Notes: generated by a model from the letters alone, not told the origin. 64,000 nt of DNA from Candidatus Multivorans sp. (GCA_965224025.1 OZ245033.1:1728001-1792000), one strand, 5' to 3'; numbered from the stretch's first letter, positions 28,800 through 41,464 are shown. Numbers and translations: made by a program.

Positions 28800-30122
28800 T
28801 CAACTCGTAGCCATCCGCTTCTTCCGCGGTGGCTGCAGGAAGAACGCCACGACCGATCCGATGAGCGTCACCGCGGCGATGGTCAGAAACGGGACGGCGT
28901 AGCTGCCCCAGGCGTCGAACGCCAAGCCGGCGAGGAAGGGAACGAGCGCGCCGAAGGGTGCGCCGATCGCGAACCGCGTGCCCGTTGTCGTGGCGAAGGC
29001 GCGACGGCCGAAGAAGCTGGCGAAGGTCGCGGCCTGGCTGATGTAGGCCATACCGAACCCGAGGCCAAGAAGGACGAGGGCGACTCGGGCCGTCCACGCC
29101 GTGCCGGCAAGAAGAAAGAGAGCCATTCCGGCGCCCTCCATGGCAAGAGCGAACCCGAGGAGACGCGGAGGCCGGACGAGATCGCCCAGGGCGCCCGCCA
29201 CGCGGCCACCCGTGCTGAAGAGGATCATCAGTCCCAGCAGAGTCGCCACCGGCGCATCGCCGAATCCAACGTCGCGCAGATGAAGCCCGCCATGGGCGTT
29301 CACGACGCCCCACGGCACGGCATAGCCAAGGCCGCAGACCACCATCAGCGCGAACTGCGGCGTCCGGAGCGCCTCGACCGCCGTCCAGTGGTCGCCGCCC
29401 GAAGGCTCGGCCCGGGCGGCCGTCGCCTCCATTTCGGCCAGCGTACGGGCCCCGTCGCGAAGCTGGCCAACCGACTCCGGCCGGTTGCGGATGGCCACGA
29501 AGGACAGAGCGCCGAGGACGCAGCACAGCACGGAGATGTACTCCCAGCCTTCGCGCCAGGTCCCGCCCCTACCCAGAAGAGCCGCGTCGAATCGCAGAAT
29601 CAGCGGGCCCATCAGACCAGCCGCGGTCAGCAGGAAGGCCAGTGCGCTGGCGCGCCAGCGCAGGAACCAGTTTGTCGCCAGAGTCTGAGTCGGCAGCACC
29701 GTGGTGAACGTGTGGGTCAAGCCGGCGAACAGACCGAAGTACAGCAGGACATCCCACCGGTCCTGAGCCCGACTTGTCAGATAGTAGGCACCGGCTACCA
29801 CGAAAAAGCCGAGTGTGAACACCGGCCGCAGTCCGAAGCGGGTCAGGCAGACTCCGATGAGGGGTGCGACCGCGCCGCCGAAGAACGACCAGAGCCCGAA
29901 CGAAAGACCGCTGTCGGCGCGGGTCAGTCCCAACTCCGCGTTCATGCCGGCGGCGAAGTAACCCCAACTGTAGAAAGGCGCGGCGCCCAAGCCGTAGATC
30001 AACCAGGCGGGCGGCAGCATCCGCCAGCCGTAGAAGCTCCAGTCGATTCGGGAGAAGCGGCCGCCCACGCCGCCGGTGTCGGGGCCGGATGCGTCGCCCG
30101 TGTCCTCGATTCCGGCCCTCAC
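28800..30122 (-). CDS. MFS transporter
   Basis: About 12 hydrophobic segments, FYGWRML, NWFLRWRASALA, ASFFGRRAFA. Confidence 0.88.
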   Translation of the reverse strand: MRAGIEDTGDASGPDTGGVGGRFSRIDWSFYGWRMLPPAWLIYGLGAAPFYSWGYFAAGMNAELGLTRADSGLSFGLWSFFGGAVAPLIGVCLTRFGLRPVFTLGFFVVAGAYYLTSRAQDRWDVLLYFGLFAGLTHTFTTVLPTQTLATNWFLRWRASALAFLLTAAGLMGPLILRFDAALLGRGGTWREGWEYISVLCCVLGALSFVAIRNRPESVGQLRDGARTLAEMEATAARAEPSGGDHWTAVEALRTPQFALMVVCGLGYAVPWGVVNAHGGLHLRDVGFGDAPVATLLGLMILFSTGGRVAGALGDLVRPPRLLGFALAMEGAGMALFLLAGTAWTARVALVLLGLGFGMAYISQAATFASFFGRRAFATTTGTRFAIGAPFGALVPFLAGLAFDAWGSYAVPFLTIAAVTLIGSVVAFFLQPPRKKRMATS

Positions 30123-30143
30123 CTGCTCCGTCCTGCCGCCGGC

Positions 30144-31193
30144 CTAGGGACCCGACGCCTCGCCGCCGAAGAGTTGCTCGCAACCCGTGCCCGCGAGCAG
30201 CCCATCGACCGCATCGCGGTCCGCCGCCGAGAGCTCCGCGTACCGCTCCCGCAGCCACATCAGGCACTTGCCCTGGTACGGGAACGGCTTCTGCACCCAG
30301 GGCCGACCGTCGATCTCGCATTCGACACGTTCAGCCCCAGCCATCAGCGCCTTCGCATTGGCGAGCAGGAACGGGGCGTAGACCCTGCCGACTTCGCAAA
30401 GCAGCGACCGCAGGGTCGCCGGCAGTTCGCGGTCTATCCAGTCGTCCTCAGTCGGTTCAAGGCCGGAGAGGTCCTCGACCCGGTCCACCCACGCATAGAC
30501 CCGCGGCGCCACCTCGAGGGTCAACGCCATCGGCGTCGGGTCGAAGGCCGCGAGCTGCGTCAACTGGCCGAAGAAGGCGAAGTCGGAGGCTCCGGGGCGG
30601 TTGCCCATCAGGAACTGGCGTTTCGTCAGGTGATCCCGGAACAGCTCCAGGATCCGCCGGTAACTGGCCTCGATCACCGGGCCCGTCGTCTCGTTCGAGC
30701 CCACCACCCAGAGCCTCGAGATCTGCCGCTCCGACACCGTCTTCGCGGCCTGTTGAAACTCCTCTTCGGGACCTTCGATCCGCCGCCAACGGGGCAGGAT
30801 CTGGCCCGCCTTCTCGATGTCCGCCTCGTAGACCCAGCGATAGTGGAACATCGCCTTCGTCAGCCACTCGTCGCCGAAGTCCTCAAGCAGGTAGTCGATG
30901 AAGGCGGTCACCGGATCAGACGGAATCACCGAGCGGCCCTCGAACTCTCCTTCGAAGCGCCGGATCAGCGGCGTGGAATCGACCACCGCCTCGACCTCGC
31001 CGGCCTCGTTCGGCAGGTAGAAGGTCGGCAGCAGCCGCACCTTGGCCGCCGGCAGGTCTTCACGGCCGCCGGCGCCCGAGATCAGGAACCGGTACGGGAT
31101 GCGCCGGTAACGCAGGACCGCGCGCATCTTTCGCGTGTAGGGCGACCCGGGGGCGCCCATGAAGGTGAGGAGCTGCGGTACTGGTTCGGGCAT
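30144..31193 (-). CDS. Glutathione S-transferase-like protein
   Basis: GSPYTRKMRAVLRYRRIP, DSTPLIRR, EDFGDEWL, FLMGNRPGASDFAFFGQL. Confidence 0.85.
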   Translation of the reverse strand: MPEPVPQLLTFMGAPGSPYTRKMRAVLRYRRIPYRFLISGAGGREDLPAAKVRLLPTFYLPNEAGEVEAVVDSTPLIRRFEGEFEGRSVIPSDPVTAFIDYLLEDFGDEWLTKAMFHYRWVYEADIEKAGQILPRWRRIEGPEEEFQQAAKTVSERQISRLWVVGSNETTGPVIEASYRRILELFRDHLTKRQFLMGNRPGASDFAFFGQLTQLAAFDPTPMALTLEVAPRVYAWVDRVEDLSGLEPTEDDWIDRELPATLRSLLCEVGRVYAPFLLANAKALMAGAERVECEIDGRPWVQKPFPYQGKCLMWLRERYAELSAADRDAVDGLLAGTGCEQLFGGEASGP

Positions 31194-31322
31194 CAAGAGC
31201 GGCGACGGATCATACCCGTCGGGGCGAACGGGATGGACGGGGGCTAGATCCTCCAACCCGTCGCCTCGATGCCGATGCGGGCGAGCGCCGCCAGCGGCTG
31301 GGCGTCCGACGGCGCAGAGTCG

Positions 31323-31805
31323 CTACGACTCGGTGTTCCAGAGTTCGCGGGCCACGAGCCAGTGGCCATCCGGCTCACGACGCATCAGGCGCATCCAGTT
31401 GCCCTGCATCTCCGACGAGGCAGAACCGTCCTTCGGAACGGTGATCAAGGCGAAGGTCCCTCGTACAGAGGCCAGTTCGCCACTGAACTCGGTCTCTTCG
31501 ACATGGAACTGCACTTCGAGATCGGCGTTCTGGAGAGTCCCCGCCATGTTCTGGCGAATCGCTTCTCTGCCTCGAATCTCCGGTGCGTCGGGCGGCATAC
31601 GGATGGCATCCGCCGCGTACAGTGACGCCATCGCGTCCGCGTCACCGTTGTTTACGGCCACCATGAAGTCGGCAACCAGCGCATTGAGGGCCCGCTCGTC
31701 GCCGATGCTCGGTTCGACCGCGTCCGGATCCTCGGCAACCTCTTCCTCGACCGGGGGACAAGCGAGAACGAAGAGGCCAGCCAACAAGATCGCCAGAAAA
31801 CGCAT
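31323..31805 (-). CDS. NTF2-like (DUF4440/YybH) lipoprotein, copy 1
   Basis: Lipobox VLAC, GDADAMASLYAADAIRMPP, GREAIR, GELASVRGTF, RREPDGHWLVARELWN. Confidence 0.8.
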   Translation of the reverse strand: MRFLAILLAGLFVLACPPVEEEVAEDPDAVEPSIGDERALNALVADFMVAVNNGDADAMASLYAADAIRMPPDAPEIRGREAIRQNMAGTLQNADLEVQFHVEETEFSGELASVRGTFALITVPKDGSASSEMQGNWMRLMRREPDGHWLVARELWNTES

Positions 31806-31843
31806 ATCGAGGCGCCAGCGCGACTGAATCGTGCTCTTCATGT

Positions 31844-32371
31844 TCACTCCTCCTCCAGCATTTCAGGCGCCTGACTCTGCGGATGATTCCGGTTCGAGAT
31901 CTCCCATTCGATCAACCACGCCCCATCCTCCTGCCGGCGCATCACGTCCATCCACTTGCCCACCTCCTGGTAGGCCACGACCGACGGATCCTCCTTGGAC
32001 GTCAGGCTCATGGCGTACGTCCCTCGCACGAATGCCAGGTCGCCGCTGTACTCGCTCTCGTCGACGTGGAGTTGCATGTCCCAGTTGGTGTCCGCATAGT
32101 CGGAGGCGGCGAAAAGACGAATCGCGTCGCGGCCGACCTTCGGCGTACTGTTCGACTGCATGCGGATGGCGTCTTCGGTGTACAGCACAGCCAAGCCGTC
32201 CGCATCGCCCCGGTTCACCGCCTGCAGGTACTTGGCGGCGAGCTCGTTCAGGGCCGCTTCATTCTCGGCCACCGGATCCACTTCCGGGACGGGCGCCTCT
32301 TCTTCCGGCGGCGCCGCACAGCCCGCGGCAAGGATCAGGACCGAGCAAATCACGATGGTGGCAGGGTTCAT
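31844..32371 (-). CDS. NTF2-like (DUF4440/YybH) lipoprotein, copy 2
   Basis: Lipobox LAAGC, GDADGLAVLYTEDAIRM, GRDAIR, GDLAFVRGTY, RRQEDGAWLIEWEISN. Confidence 0.8.
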   Translation of the reverse strand: MNPATIVICSVLILAAGCAAPPEEEAPVPEVDPVAENEAALNELAAKYLQAVNRGDADGLAVLYTEDAIRMQSNSTPKVGRDAIRLFAASDYADTNWDMQLHVDESEYSGDLAFVRGTYAMSLTSKEDPSVVAYQEVGKWMDVMRRQEDGAWLIEWEISNRNHPQSQAPEMLEEE

Positions 32372-32550
32372 CCGGAGGATTTCTCGACAACCCATTCCGG
32401 ACCTCCTTTCCGCGGCAAGCCGCAAAGTGTTGCTCGTTGTCAGTCACCCCTAAGGGTAGCACCCGGACTCCGCGGAGAACGCCATCCGGCTGCCCGGCTT
32501 CGACGATTGATCGTAGGGTTGCAGCCGCGGCGCATAGTCTCCCCGCTGTC

Positions 32551-34626
32551 ATGACGCGCCCGCGTTTATCCTTGTCGGCCGCCACCGCGGCCTCAGCCGC
32601 AGGTCTGGCCGCTGTCGCGCTGGGATCGGCGCCCTGGATCGCCGGGACGATCGTGGTCGTCGAGCCGGACATGGCCCGGCTCGCTCTCGCCGCCGCCGCG
32701 CTGGGCGGCATCGCCTCGATCGGAGTGGCCGCCCTTGCCCGTCGGACCCATCCGGCGCTTCGAGTCACGGTCCTGACTCTCGGCCTGCTGGCCGCGGCAT
32801 CGAGTCCGGCCTTCGTGGCGCTACTGGCTTACCAACAGCCGGCGGAACCTCGGCCGGCCGGCGCACCGGCAAGCGCCGAATCGACGACCTCAACAGACCG
32901 GCTCCGCCTACTGCAACTGAACGCCTACCACGGCTATCCGGCCGGTGGCGGGCGCCTCCTGCAACCCGCTTCCGCATCCGACCGGCGAGAGCGCGCGGAC
33001 CGGCTGGCGGCCGCGATCGCTCGCCTGCGACCGGACATCGTCGTCCTCCAGGAAGCCTGGTGCACGGTCGCCGAAGGCTGCCTCACAGACCGGCTTGCAG
33101 GCGATCTCGATCTGCACGCGGTCTACGCCCGCGCCAACGGCTCGCTGCGCTGGCTCGGCTTTGAAGAGGGAGCGGCAATCCTCAGCCGCTTTCCCATCGC
33201 CGTCGCGGCGACCTGGCGCCTGCCACCCGACCGCGACCGCTTCGAGCGGCGCATCGCCCTGACGGCACGGATTGACCATCCCGCTCTGCCCTTCGAGGTG
33301 GTGGGCGTCCACGCCGCCAACAGCGACTCCGAGCTCGCCGCCGCCCAAACGGAGCATCTGCTCGAGCGATTGCTCGCGCACCCCGACCGGCCGGCGCTGG
33401 TCGCAGGCGACTTCAACCTCGACAGCAGCCACCCCGCGCTCGGCCGGTTCGGCGAAGCCGGGTACCGCGACCTTCATCCCGGCGGCATCGATCATGTGCT
33501 GCTCGACGCCAGGGCGTCAGGGTGGCGGCCGCTGTGGACCGAGTGGTCCCCGCAGCCGAGCGACGCCCCCGCGATCTCCGATCATCCCGGCGTCCTGGTC
33601 GAGTTCCAGTTGCCGGTCCCTCCTCCCGACCATGACTGGTCCGGCGACTGGGCGCCTGTCCCTGCCGACCAGGTCGGGCTCGACCCGGACCGGCTGAAGC
33701 AGGCGGTCGACGACATCGGCGGGCTCCAAGGCGTCCAGGGCGTCCTGATCGCGCGTCACGGACGCCTGGTTGCCGAGCGCTACTTCCGCCGCGCCGCCGG
33801 CCAGCGTGCACACAACATGAAGTCGGCCTCGAAGAGTGTCCTCTCGGCACTGGCGGGCCTGGCGGTCAAAGAGGGCGTCCTCGATCTCGATCAGCCGATT
33901 GCCGACGTTCTGCCAGAGGCCGCCGATCTCGACGACCCGCGCAAGCAGGCGATCACCGTACGCCACCTGCTGACGATGACGTCGGGCCTCGCATCGACCA
34001 GCTTCGGCAACTACGGCTCGTGGGTGGCGTCCCGGAACTGGGTCCGGGCGGCGCTGGCGCGGCCGCTCGAAGCCGAGCCGGGAACCCGCTTCTCGTACAG
34101 CACCGGCAACACTCACCTGCTCTCGGCCACGCTGGCCAGAGCAGCCGGCAAGAGCACGCACGACTTCGCCCGCGAGCACCTGTTCGCCCCACTCGGAATC
34201 CGCCGTTCGGCCTGGGCCCGCGACCGGCAGGGCATCCACGTCGGCGGCAACAACCTCTCGCTGCTGCCGCGCGACATGCTGAAGTTCGGCCAGCTCTACC
34301 TGAACCGCGGCCGCTGGGGCGAACGCCAACTCCTGCCCTGGCAGTGGGTCGACGAGTCCACCCGGCCCGGCCTCGCCGGCCCTCGCGGCCGCGGCCGGAT
34401 CTACGGCGGCTACGGCTACCTGTGGTGGCTCAGAGGGCCACGGGAACGGGGCGCCTACATCGCCAGCGGCTACGGAGGCCAGTACATCTACGTCTCCCCG
34501 GCCGAGGATCTGGTTCTGGTCGTCATCTCGACGGAGATCTCGAAGGGGCGGGGATGGCGCGGCGAATTGTTCGGCATCGTCCGCAAAGGCATCGCGGGCA
34601 GCGTGATCGACCCGTACGAACGCTAG
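32551..34626 (+). CDS. Membrane-anchored EEP (endonuclease/exonuclease/phosphatase) domain fused to a class C beta-lactamase-like serine hydrolase
   Basis: Three N-terminal hydrophobic segments; EEP motifs LQLN, DIVVLQE, AGDFN, IDH, SDH; then SASK (SxxK), HLLTMTSGL, FSYST, YGYLWW, ASGYGGQY. Confidence 0.82.
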   Translation: MTRPRLSLSAATAASAAGLAAVALGSAPWIAGTIVVVEPDMARLALAAAALGGIASIGVAALARRTHPALRVTVLTLGLLAAASSPAFVALLAYQQPAEPRPAGAPASAESTTSTDRLRLLQLNAYHGYPAGGGRLLQPASASDRRERADRLAAAIARLRPDIVVLQEAWCTVAEGCLTDRLAGDLDLHAVYARANGSLRWLGFEEGAAILSRFPIAVAATWRLPPDRDRFERRIALTARIDHPALPFEVVGVHAANSDSELAAAQTEHLLERLLAHPDRPALVAGDFNLDSSHPALGRFGEAGYRDLHPGGIDHVLLDARASGWRPLWTEWSPQPSDAPAISDHPGVLVEFQLPVPPPDHDWSGDWAPVPADQVGLDPDRLKQAVDDIGGLQGVQGVLIARHGRLVAERYFRRAAGQRAHNMKSASKSVLSALAGLAVKEGVLDLDQPIADVLPEAADLDDPRKQAITVRHLLTMTSGLASTSFGNYGSWVASRNWVRAALARPLEAEPGTRFSYSTGNTHLLSATLARAAGKSTHDFAREHLFAPLGIRRSAWARDRQGIHVGGNNLSLLPRDMLKFGQLYLNRGRWGERQLLPWQWVDESTRPGLAGPRGRGRIYGGYGYLWWLRGPRERGAYIASGYGGQYIYVSPAEDLVLVVISTEISKGRGWRGELFGIVRKGIAGSVIDPYER

Positions 34627-34644
34627 CGGCCGGACATCTCCCGC

Positions 34645-34668
34645 CGGATGCGGGCAGGATGCCGACGC
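34645..34668 (-). repeat. REP-like palindrome, degenerate copy
   Basis: CGGATGCGGGCAGGATGCCGACGC, a partial reverse complement of the GGGAACGCGGGCATCCTGCCCGCATCC unit. Confidence 0.55.
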
Positions 34669-34695
34669 CGCCGTTGTAGACTGACCGACACTCCA

Positions 34696-37600
34696 ATGGA
34701 CCGGAATTCGAGGACTTCGCTACGTCCTGGCGCTGTGATCTTGGCGGCGGCATTGCTCGGTGGCGGGCCCGCGGCCGGGGCGGAGTTTGCGCCCGAAGAC
34801 CTTGAGTTCTTCGAGCAGAAGATCCGCCCCGTTCTGGTCGAGCACTGCTACACCTGCCACAACAGCACCGAGATCGCGGAGAGCGGGCTGCGCCTCGACT
34901 ATCGGAATGGTGTGCTCGAAGGCGGCATGCGGGGTCCGGCGATCGAGCCCGGCAAGCCGCGCTCCAGTCTGCTTCTGCGGGCGATGCGCCACCCCAGCCT
35001 CGATTTCCGCATGCCGCTTGGCGGCGCCAAGCTGCCGGACCACATCATCGCCGACTTCGAGCGCTGGATCGAGATCGGCGCGCCCGATCCACGCGACGAA
35101 CCGCCGTCAGCCACCGCGCTCAAGGAGGCGACGTCCTGGCAGACGACCCTCGAACAGCGCAAGCAGTGGTGGAGCCTGCAGCCGATCGCCGCCCCAGAAC
35201 CTCCCGAAGTCGCCGATGGGCTTTGGTCGAAGAACGCGATCGACCGTTTCCTGGCCGCTGGACTCGCCGGGGCCGATCTCGAACCCGCGCCGCTCGCCGA
35301 ACCGCGGACCATCATGCGCCGGCTCTCCTACGTGCTGACCGGACTGCCGCCGACGCCAGCTCAGGTCAACGACTTCGAGCGCCGCGCCTCAATCGACCGG
35401 AACGCCGCCGTCGCGGAGGAGGTCGATCGGCTGCTGGCCGATCCGGCCTTCGGCGAACGCTGGGCGCGGCACTGGATGGACTGGATCCGCTACGCCGAGT
35501 CGCACGGCAGCGAAGGCGACCCGCCGGTCCCCTACGCCTGGCGCTACCGCGACTACCTGATCCGGGCGCTCAACGCGGACGTTCCCATCGATCAACTGAT
35601 CCGGGAACACCTGGCCGGCGACCTGCTCGACGAGCCCCGGATGAACCCCGAACTCGGGATCAACGAGTCGGCGATCGGCATCGCCCAGTACCGCTTCGTG
35701 CTGCACGGCTTCGGCCCCACCGACGCCCTGGACGAGCAGGTGCGTTTCACCGAGAACCAGATCGACGTCGTCTCCAAGGCCTTCCTGGGGATGACCGTCG
35801 CCTGCGCCCGTTGCCACGACCACAAGTTCGACGCGATCAGCCAGACCGACTTCTACGCTTTCTACGGCACGATGGTGAACGGCCGCCCGGGGGTTCAGAC
35901 GGTCGACGACGAGGCCCGCCGAAACGCCCACCGGCACGAGTTGACCCAGCTCAAGAGCGAGTTGCGGCAGGTATTGGCCGAGGCCTGGATCGAAGCCGCC
36001 GCCGGCGTGCCGGCCAGGTTGCAGCAACCGGAAGGCCCATGGGCCGCGGCACTCACGGGAGGCCAGTCGCCCTACGACCCGCTCTACCCTTACGTCCGAA
36101 CCCGCGCGATCCGGGGCCGCCGGGCCTTCGCGAAGCAGTGGAACGGACTGGCTGCCGCGTACGAACAGAGCAGGCAGAAGCTCGAGACCCGGCGGCAGGC
36201 GCCAGCCCTCCAGCGCTGGGATCTGACCCGGACCGAGCACGTAGAGGAGTGGTATCGCCACGGCAACGGCCTGCCGGAAGCAAGGCCGCAGGGCGCCGGA
36301 AGCTACGAGGTCGTTCAGGCCGGGGAGACGATCGTCGCCGACATCCTGCCCGCCGGCGTCTACACGCATTCGCTCACCAGCCGTCACAACGGCACCTTCT
36401 CGTCGCCGCGCTTCTTCATCGAGGCCAAACAGAAGCTGGCGGTGCGTGTCGCCGGAGCCGGAGGCGCCATCGCGCGCTACGTGGTCCAGAACTATCCCCA
36501 ACGCGGCGAGGTCTATCCGATCGAGACCCTCTCTGACGGAAATTGGCGCTGGCAGGACTGGGACCTCGACTACTGGGACGGCGACCACGCCTACATCGAG
36601 CTGGTGACGGCCGCCGATCACCCGATGACCGGCGAAAGCTCCAGTTTGCGGTCGAACCGCTCCTGGTTCGGGATCACCGAAGCGGTCGTAACAGACGAAG
36701 ACGGCGAACTCCCCCGCGACGAGCCGGCCGAGTTCACGGCGCCCCTGTTCGAACTGGAGGGTGCGCCCAAAGGCCGCAGCGAGCTGGCGGCGCGCTACGG
36801 CGAAGCGGTTCGCGACACCGTCGAGGCCTGGCTCGACGGTTCGATGACCGATACCCAGGCCCGCTTCCTCGCGAGCTTCGTTCGCCGCGGCTTGCTTCCA
36901 AACGACATGGACGAGGTGCCGGAAGCGCGTCCGATCGTTGACTCGATCCGGCAGCTCGAGGAGGCGATCCCTGTGCCGACCCGCTCCCCGGCAGTGCTCG
37001 CCGGCCCGCGCTTCGATCAACCGCTGATGGAGCGGGGCAATCACCGGCAGCTCGGCGAAGCGGTACCCCAGAGGTTCCTCGAGGCGATCGATTCCGAGCC
37101 CTACCCCGACTCGGTTCACCCTCGAACGGCCCTGGCGGAGAGCATTCTCGATTCCGGCAACCCGCTAACCGCCCGCGTGATCGCGAACCGTCTCTGGGCG
37201 CATACCTTCGGCCGCGGCATCGTCGCCACGCCGGACAACTTCGGGCAGATGGGCGAACTCCCGTCGAACGCCGCCCTGCTCGATCACCTGGCGACGACAC
37301 TTCCCAAGGACGGCTGGTCTCTGAAGACGTTCGTGCGGCGTCTGGCCTCCACCCGGGCCTTCCAACTCGAGTCGAGGCCGTCGCCGACCGCCCGTGAACG
37401 GGATCCGCAGAACAACCTTCTCTCCCATGCCCATCTGCGGCGCCTGGAGGCCGAAGCGGTGCGCGACTCCATGCTGTTTGCCGCCGGCGAACTCGAACCG
37501 GTGACCGCCAGCGAGACAGTCCCGGCACCCGGCTGGTCGAACCGGCGGAGCGTCTACGTTCAGGTGATCCGGAATCAGCCGGATCCCGTGCTCCACACAC

Positions 37601-38618
37601 TTGACCTGCCCACACCCGTCACCACCAAGGGCCAGCGCGACCAGACGAACGTGCCCGCGCAGTCGCTACTGATGATGAACGACGTCCAGGTCATGCATCT
37701 CGCCGCCCGCTTCGGCGACCGGGTCGCCCAGGACCCCGACCTGGACACTGACAGCGATCGCATCATCGCGATGTTCCGCCTCGCCCTTGGGCGGCCACCG
37801 ACCGAAGGAGAGCTCGATGCGGCCGAGCGGTTCCTCCAGCAGGCCCGCGACCGCGAGCCCGTGCCGGAGGACGTGGACGCCTGGAGCACGGCGGCCACTG
37901 AGCGCCGCGAGGAGAGCGCCGAGCTCCGCGACATCACCGAGGAAAAGACTCGCGGTGTGCTGCGCTTCTACTACCGGGCATCGGCGCCCAAGGCGATCGC
38001 GGCGTGGGAATTCGACGACGAACCACCCAAGGACGGCGGCGCCAGCGACGCCAGCGGCGGTCTCGAACTCAATCTCGGTCGCCATGTCCGCGTGAACGAC
38101 GGCGCACTGCGGCTCCGAGCGTCAGACGTCGTCACCACGAAACCGATCCGGCGGACGCTCGACGAATACACGCTCGAGGCCTGGGCCGCCCAGCTCCCGA
38201 GCGAGGCGGACACCCACGAGCCGCCGGTCCACCTGGTCCTGGCACAGAGCCTTGAGGGCGCCCGGACCGCCTACCGGAACGGCGTCGCGGCTGACCCGGA
38301 GAGCGTCCGGCACGAACTTCCCATGAGCCTCGCGAAGGGCCGGGTCCGGTTCGCCGCCAACGGAGACACACCCCTGCGGATCCTCCAGGCCCGCCTCTAC
38401 GACCGCGCATTGCACTCCGACGATGTCGCGGCCTCCGCGCTCGGCAACATCGAAGCGCCGCCGGAAGAGGAGCAGGCACGGATCTACCGCGGCACCTGGT
38501 ACCGAATCGCGCGGCTCGAGGCGGAAGCGGACCGGCTCGACCAGAGCGCCGCAGGCGGCGACGCCTGGCGCCAGTTGGCGCACTCCATGTTCAACCTGAA
38601 GGAGTTCATGTACCTCCG

Positions 38619-38622
<4 letters not shown>
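34696..38622 (+). CDS. Planctomycete-type cytochrome c / DUF1549 / DUF1553 (PSD1) protein
   Basis: [73 protein letters not shown]-terminal [10 protein letters not shown]. Confidence 0.92.
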
Positions 38623-40037
<1,415 letters not shown>

Positions 40038-40210
40038 GGCGGCGGCGGACACCCGCCTGAGTCGGGACACCGTCCTGTGGCGGAGGCTCACTCGGCTGGC
40101 AGCCGTGACTTCGGTTCGCTTCCTGGTATTCCCGGAAGTGCCGGTGGGCGACTGGGACTCTCCACCCTTTAGCAAGTGTGTTTTGGGGAGGCTGCTGCGG
40201 GTCAGGGAGG

Positions 40211-41464
40211 TCATGCGACCTGGGCATGGCATCGCTTGTTGGGGTCGAAGAGAGTTCGGTCTCGGAGCATGGCGCAGGCGACGCCGAGGAGTCGGTCGAC
40301 GAGTTGTCTGATGGCGCGTCCGTGCGTCTTTCCCTGGGCTTTCATGGCGTCGTACTTGGCGCGGCTGATCGGGTCATGCTCGATGGCGACTCGTCCCCAG
40401 TGATAGACGGCGTCGCTGAGGTGTTCGTTGGCGGCGAGTCGTCGCATGACGATGAGCTTCTTGCCGGACTTGACGGTCACCGGCGCCACTCCGCAGAGGC
40501 AACGCAGTGCCTCGTGGTCTCTGCGGCCCAGGCTTTGATCGGCCTCGGAGAGCAGGGTGGCGAGGCCGACCTTGCCGAGTCCGGGCAGCGACCTGAGGAT
40601 GGCGGCGTCGCTCGGCTTAGGGGAGTCGTCGTCGTTTTCCCGTTGGGCCGGGGCCTCGAGTGCGCGGGTCATCCGCTCCAGCCGCTTGTCGGCGTCGGCG
40701 AGTTGGCGGCAGACGGTGTCGAGCACCGGCCGGAGGAGTCCTATGTGTTCGACGGCGGCCTTAACGGTGTCCGGGGAAACGGCGATCGGCTCGGCCCGCA
40801 GTTGATCGCGCAGTTGGGCGGAGGTCAGGCGCCGGATGCGGTGTTCCTTGAGCAGTTTGGCGAGCGTGGCTTCGCGCAGCCGTCGAGCCTTGCCGGGGGT
40901 CGGCGCCAGTCGCCACAAGGCCAGCGCGAAGGGCGCCGACACCTCGTTCTTGACCACGGCGAGAAACTGCGGGTAGTAGCGCCAGAGCTGGTCGCGGACC
41001 TGGTTCTCCAGGCGGTTCTTCTGGTTGACCAACTGCTTGCGGGCGCGGGACACCTCGCGCAGCATGACGATGGCGGCATCGGATGGTTGCACGCGGTTCA
41101 GGCACTCGGGGTCGGTGCGAAGCGCGGCGGCGAGCACCCGTGCATCGCGGCGGTCATCCTTGGCGCCGGCGACGGAGAAGCGGTCCCTGAAGCGGTCGAG
41201 CTGCTTGGGGTTGATCGAATGGACGGCGAAACCCCGCTCCAGGAGAGTCTCGACCACCGGTCCGTGCGGCACCTCGATGGCGACGCCGATCTCGTCCGGA
41301 GACGTCGGTCGGGTATGTCCAAGGAGCCAGTCGGCCATGGCGGCAAGTCCCTTGCCGCTGTGGTCGAACGCCCGCTCCCCCCTCACCTTGCCGTCCCGAT
41401 CCAGCACACACACGTGGTGGGTCTCGGACCCCCAGTCCACGCCGACGAACCACGTCCTGGTCAT
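40211..41464 (-). CDS. IS110-family (DEDD) recombinase/transposase
   Basis: FVGVDWGS, VAIEVP, AKDDRRDA form the RuvC-like DEDD; LRSLPGLG and GVAPVTVKSGK carry the Tnp serine; GGAGG-like RBS upstream of ATG 41464. Confidence 0.95.
   Translation of the reverse strand: MTRTWFVGVDWGSETHHVCVLDRDGKVRGERAFDHSGKGLAAMADWLLGHTRPTSPDEIGVAIEVPHGPVVETLLERGFAVHSINPKQLDRFRDRFSVAGAKDDRRDARVLAAALRTDPECLNRVQPSDAAIVMLREVSRARKQLVNQKNRLENQVRDQLWRYYPQFLAVVKNEVSAPFALALWRLAPTPGKARRLREATLAKLLKEHRIRRLTSAQLRDQLRAEPIAVSPDTVKAAVEHIGLLRPVLDTVCRQLADADKRLERMTRALEAPAQRENDDDSPKPSDAAILRSLPGLGKVGLATLLSEADQSLGRRDHEALRCLCGVAPVTVKSGKKLIVMRRLAANEHLSDAVYHWGRVAIEHDPISRAKYDAMKAQGKTHGRAIRQLVDRLLGVACAMLRDRTLFDPNKRCHAQVA

Noticed and set aside
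40040-40154. Sequence left of the IS110 as part of the element, or as the displaced 5' end of the WD40 gene
   Set aside because: Guide matches and the junction promoter put the IS end at 40155-40157. An open frame across the empty site exists but has no convincing RBS or homology.
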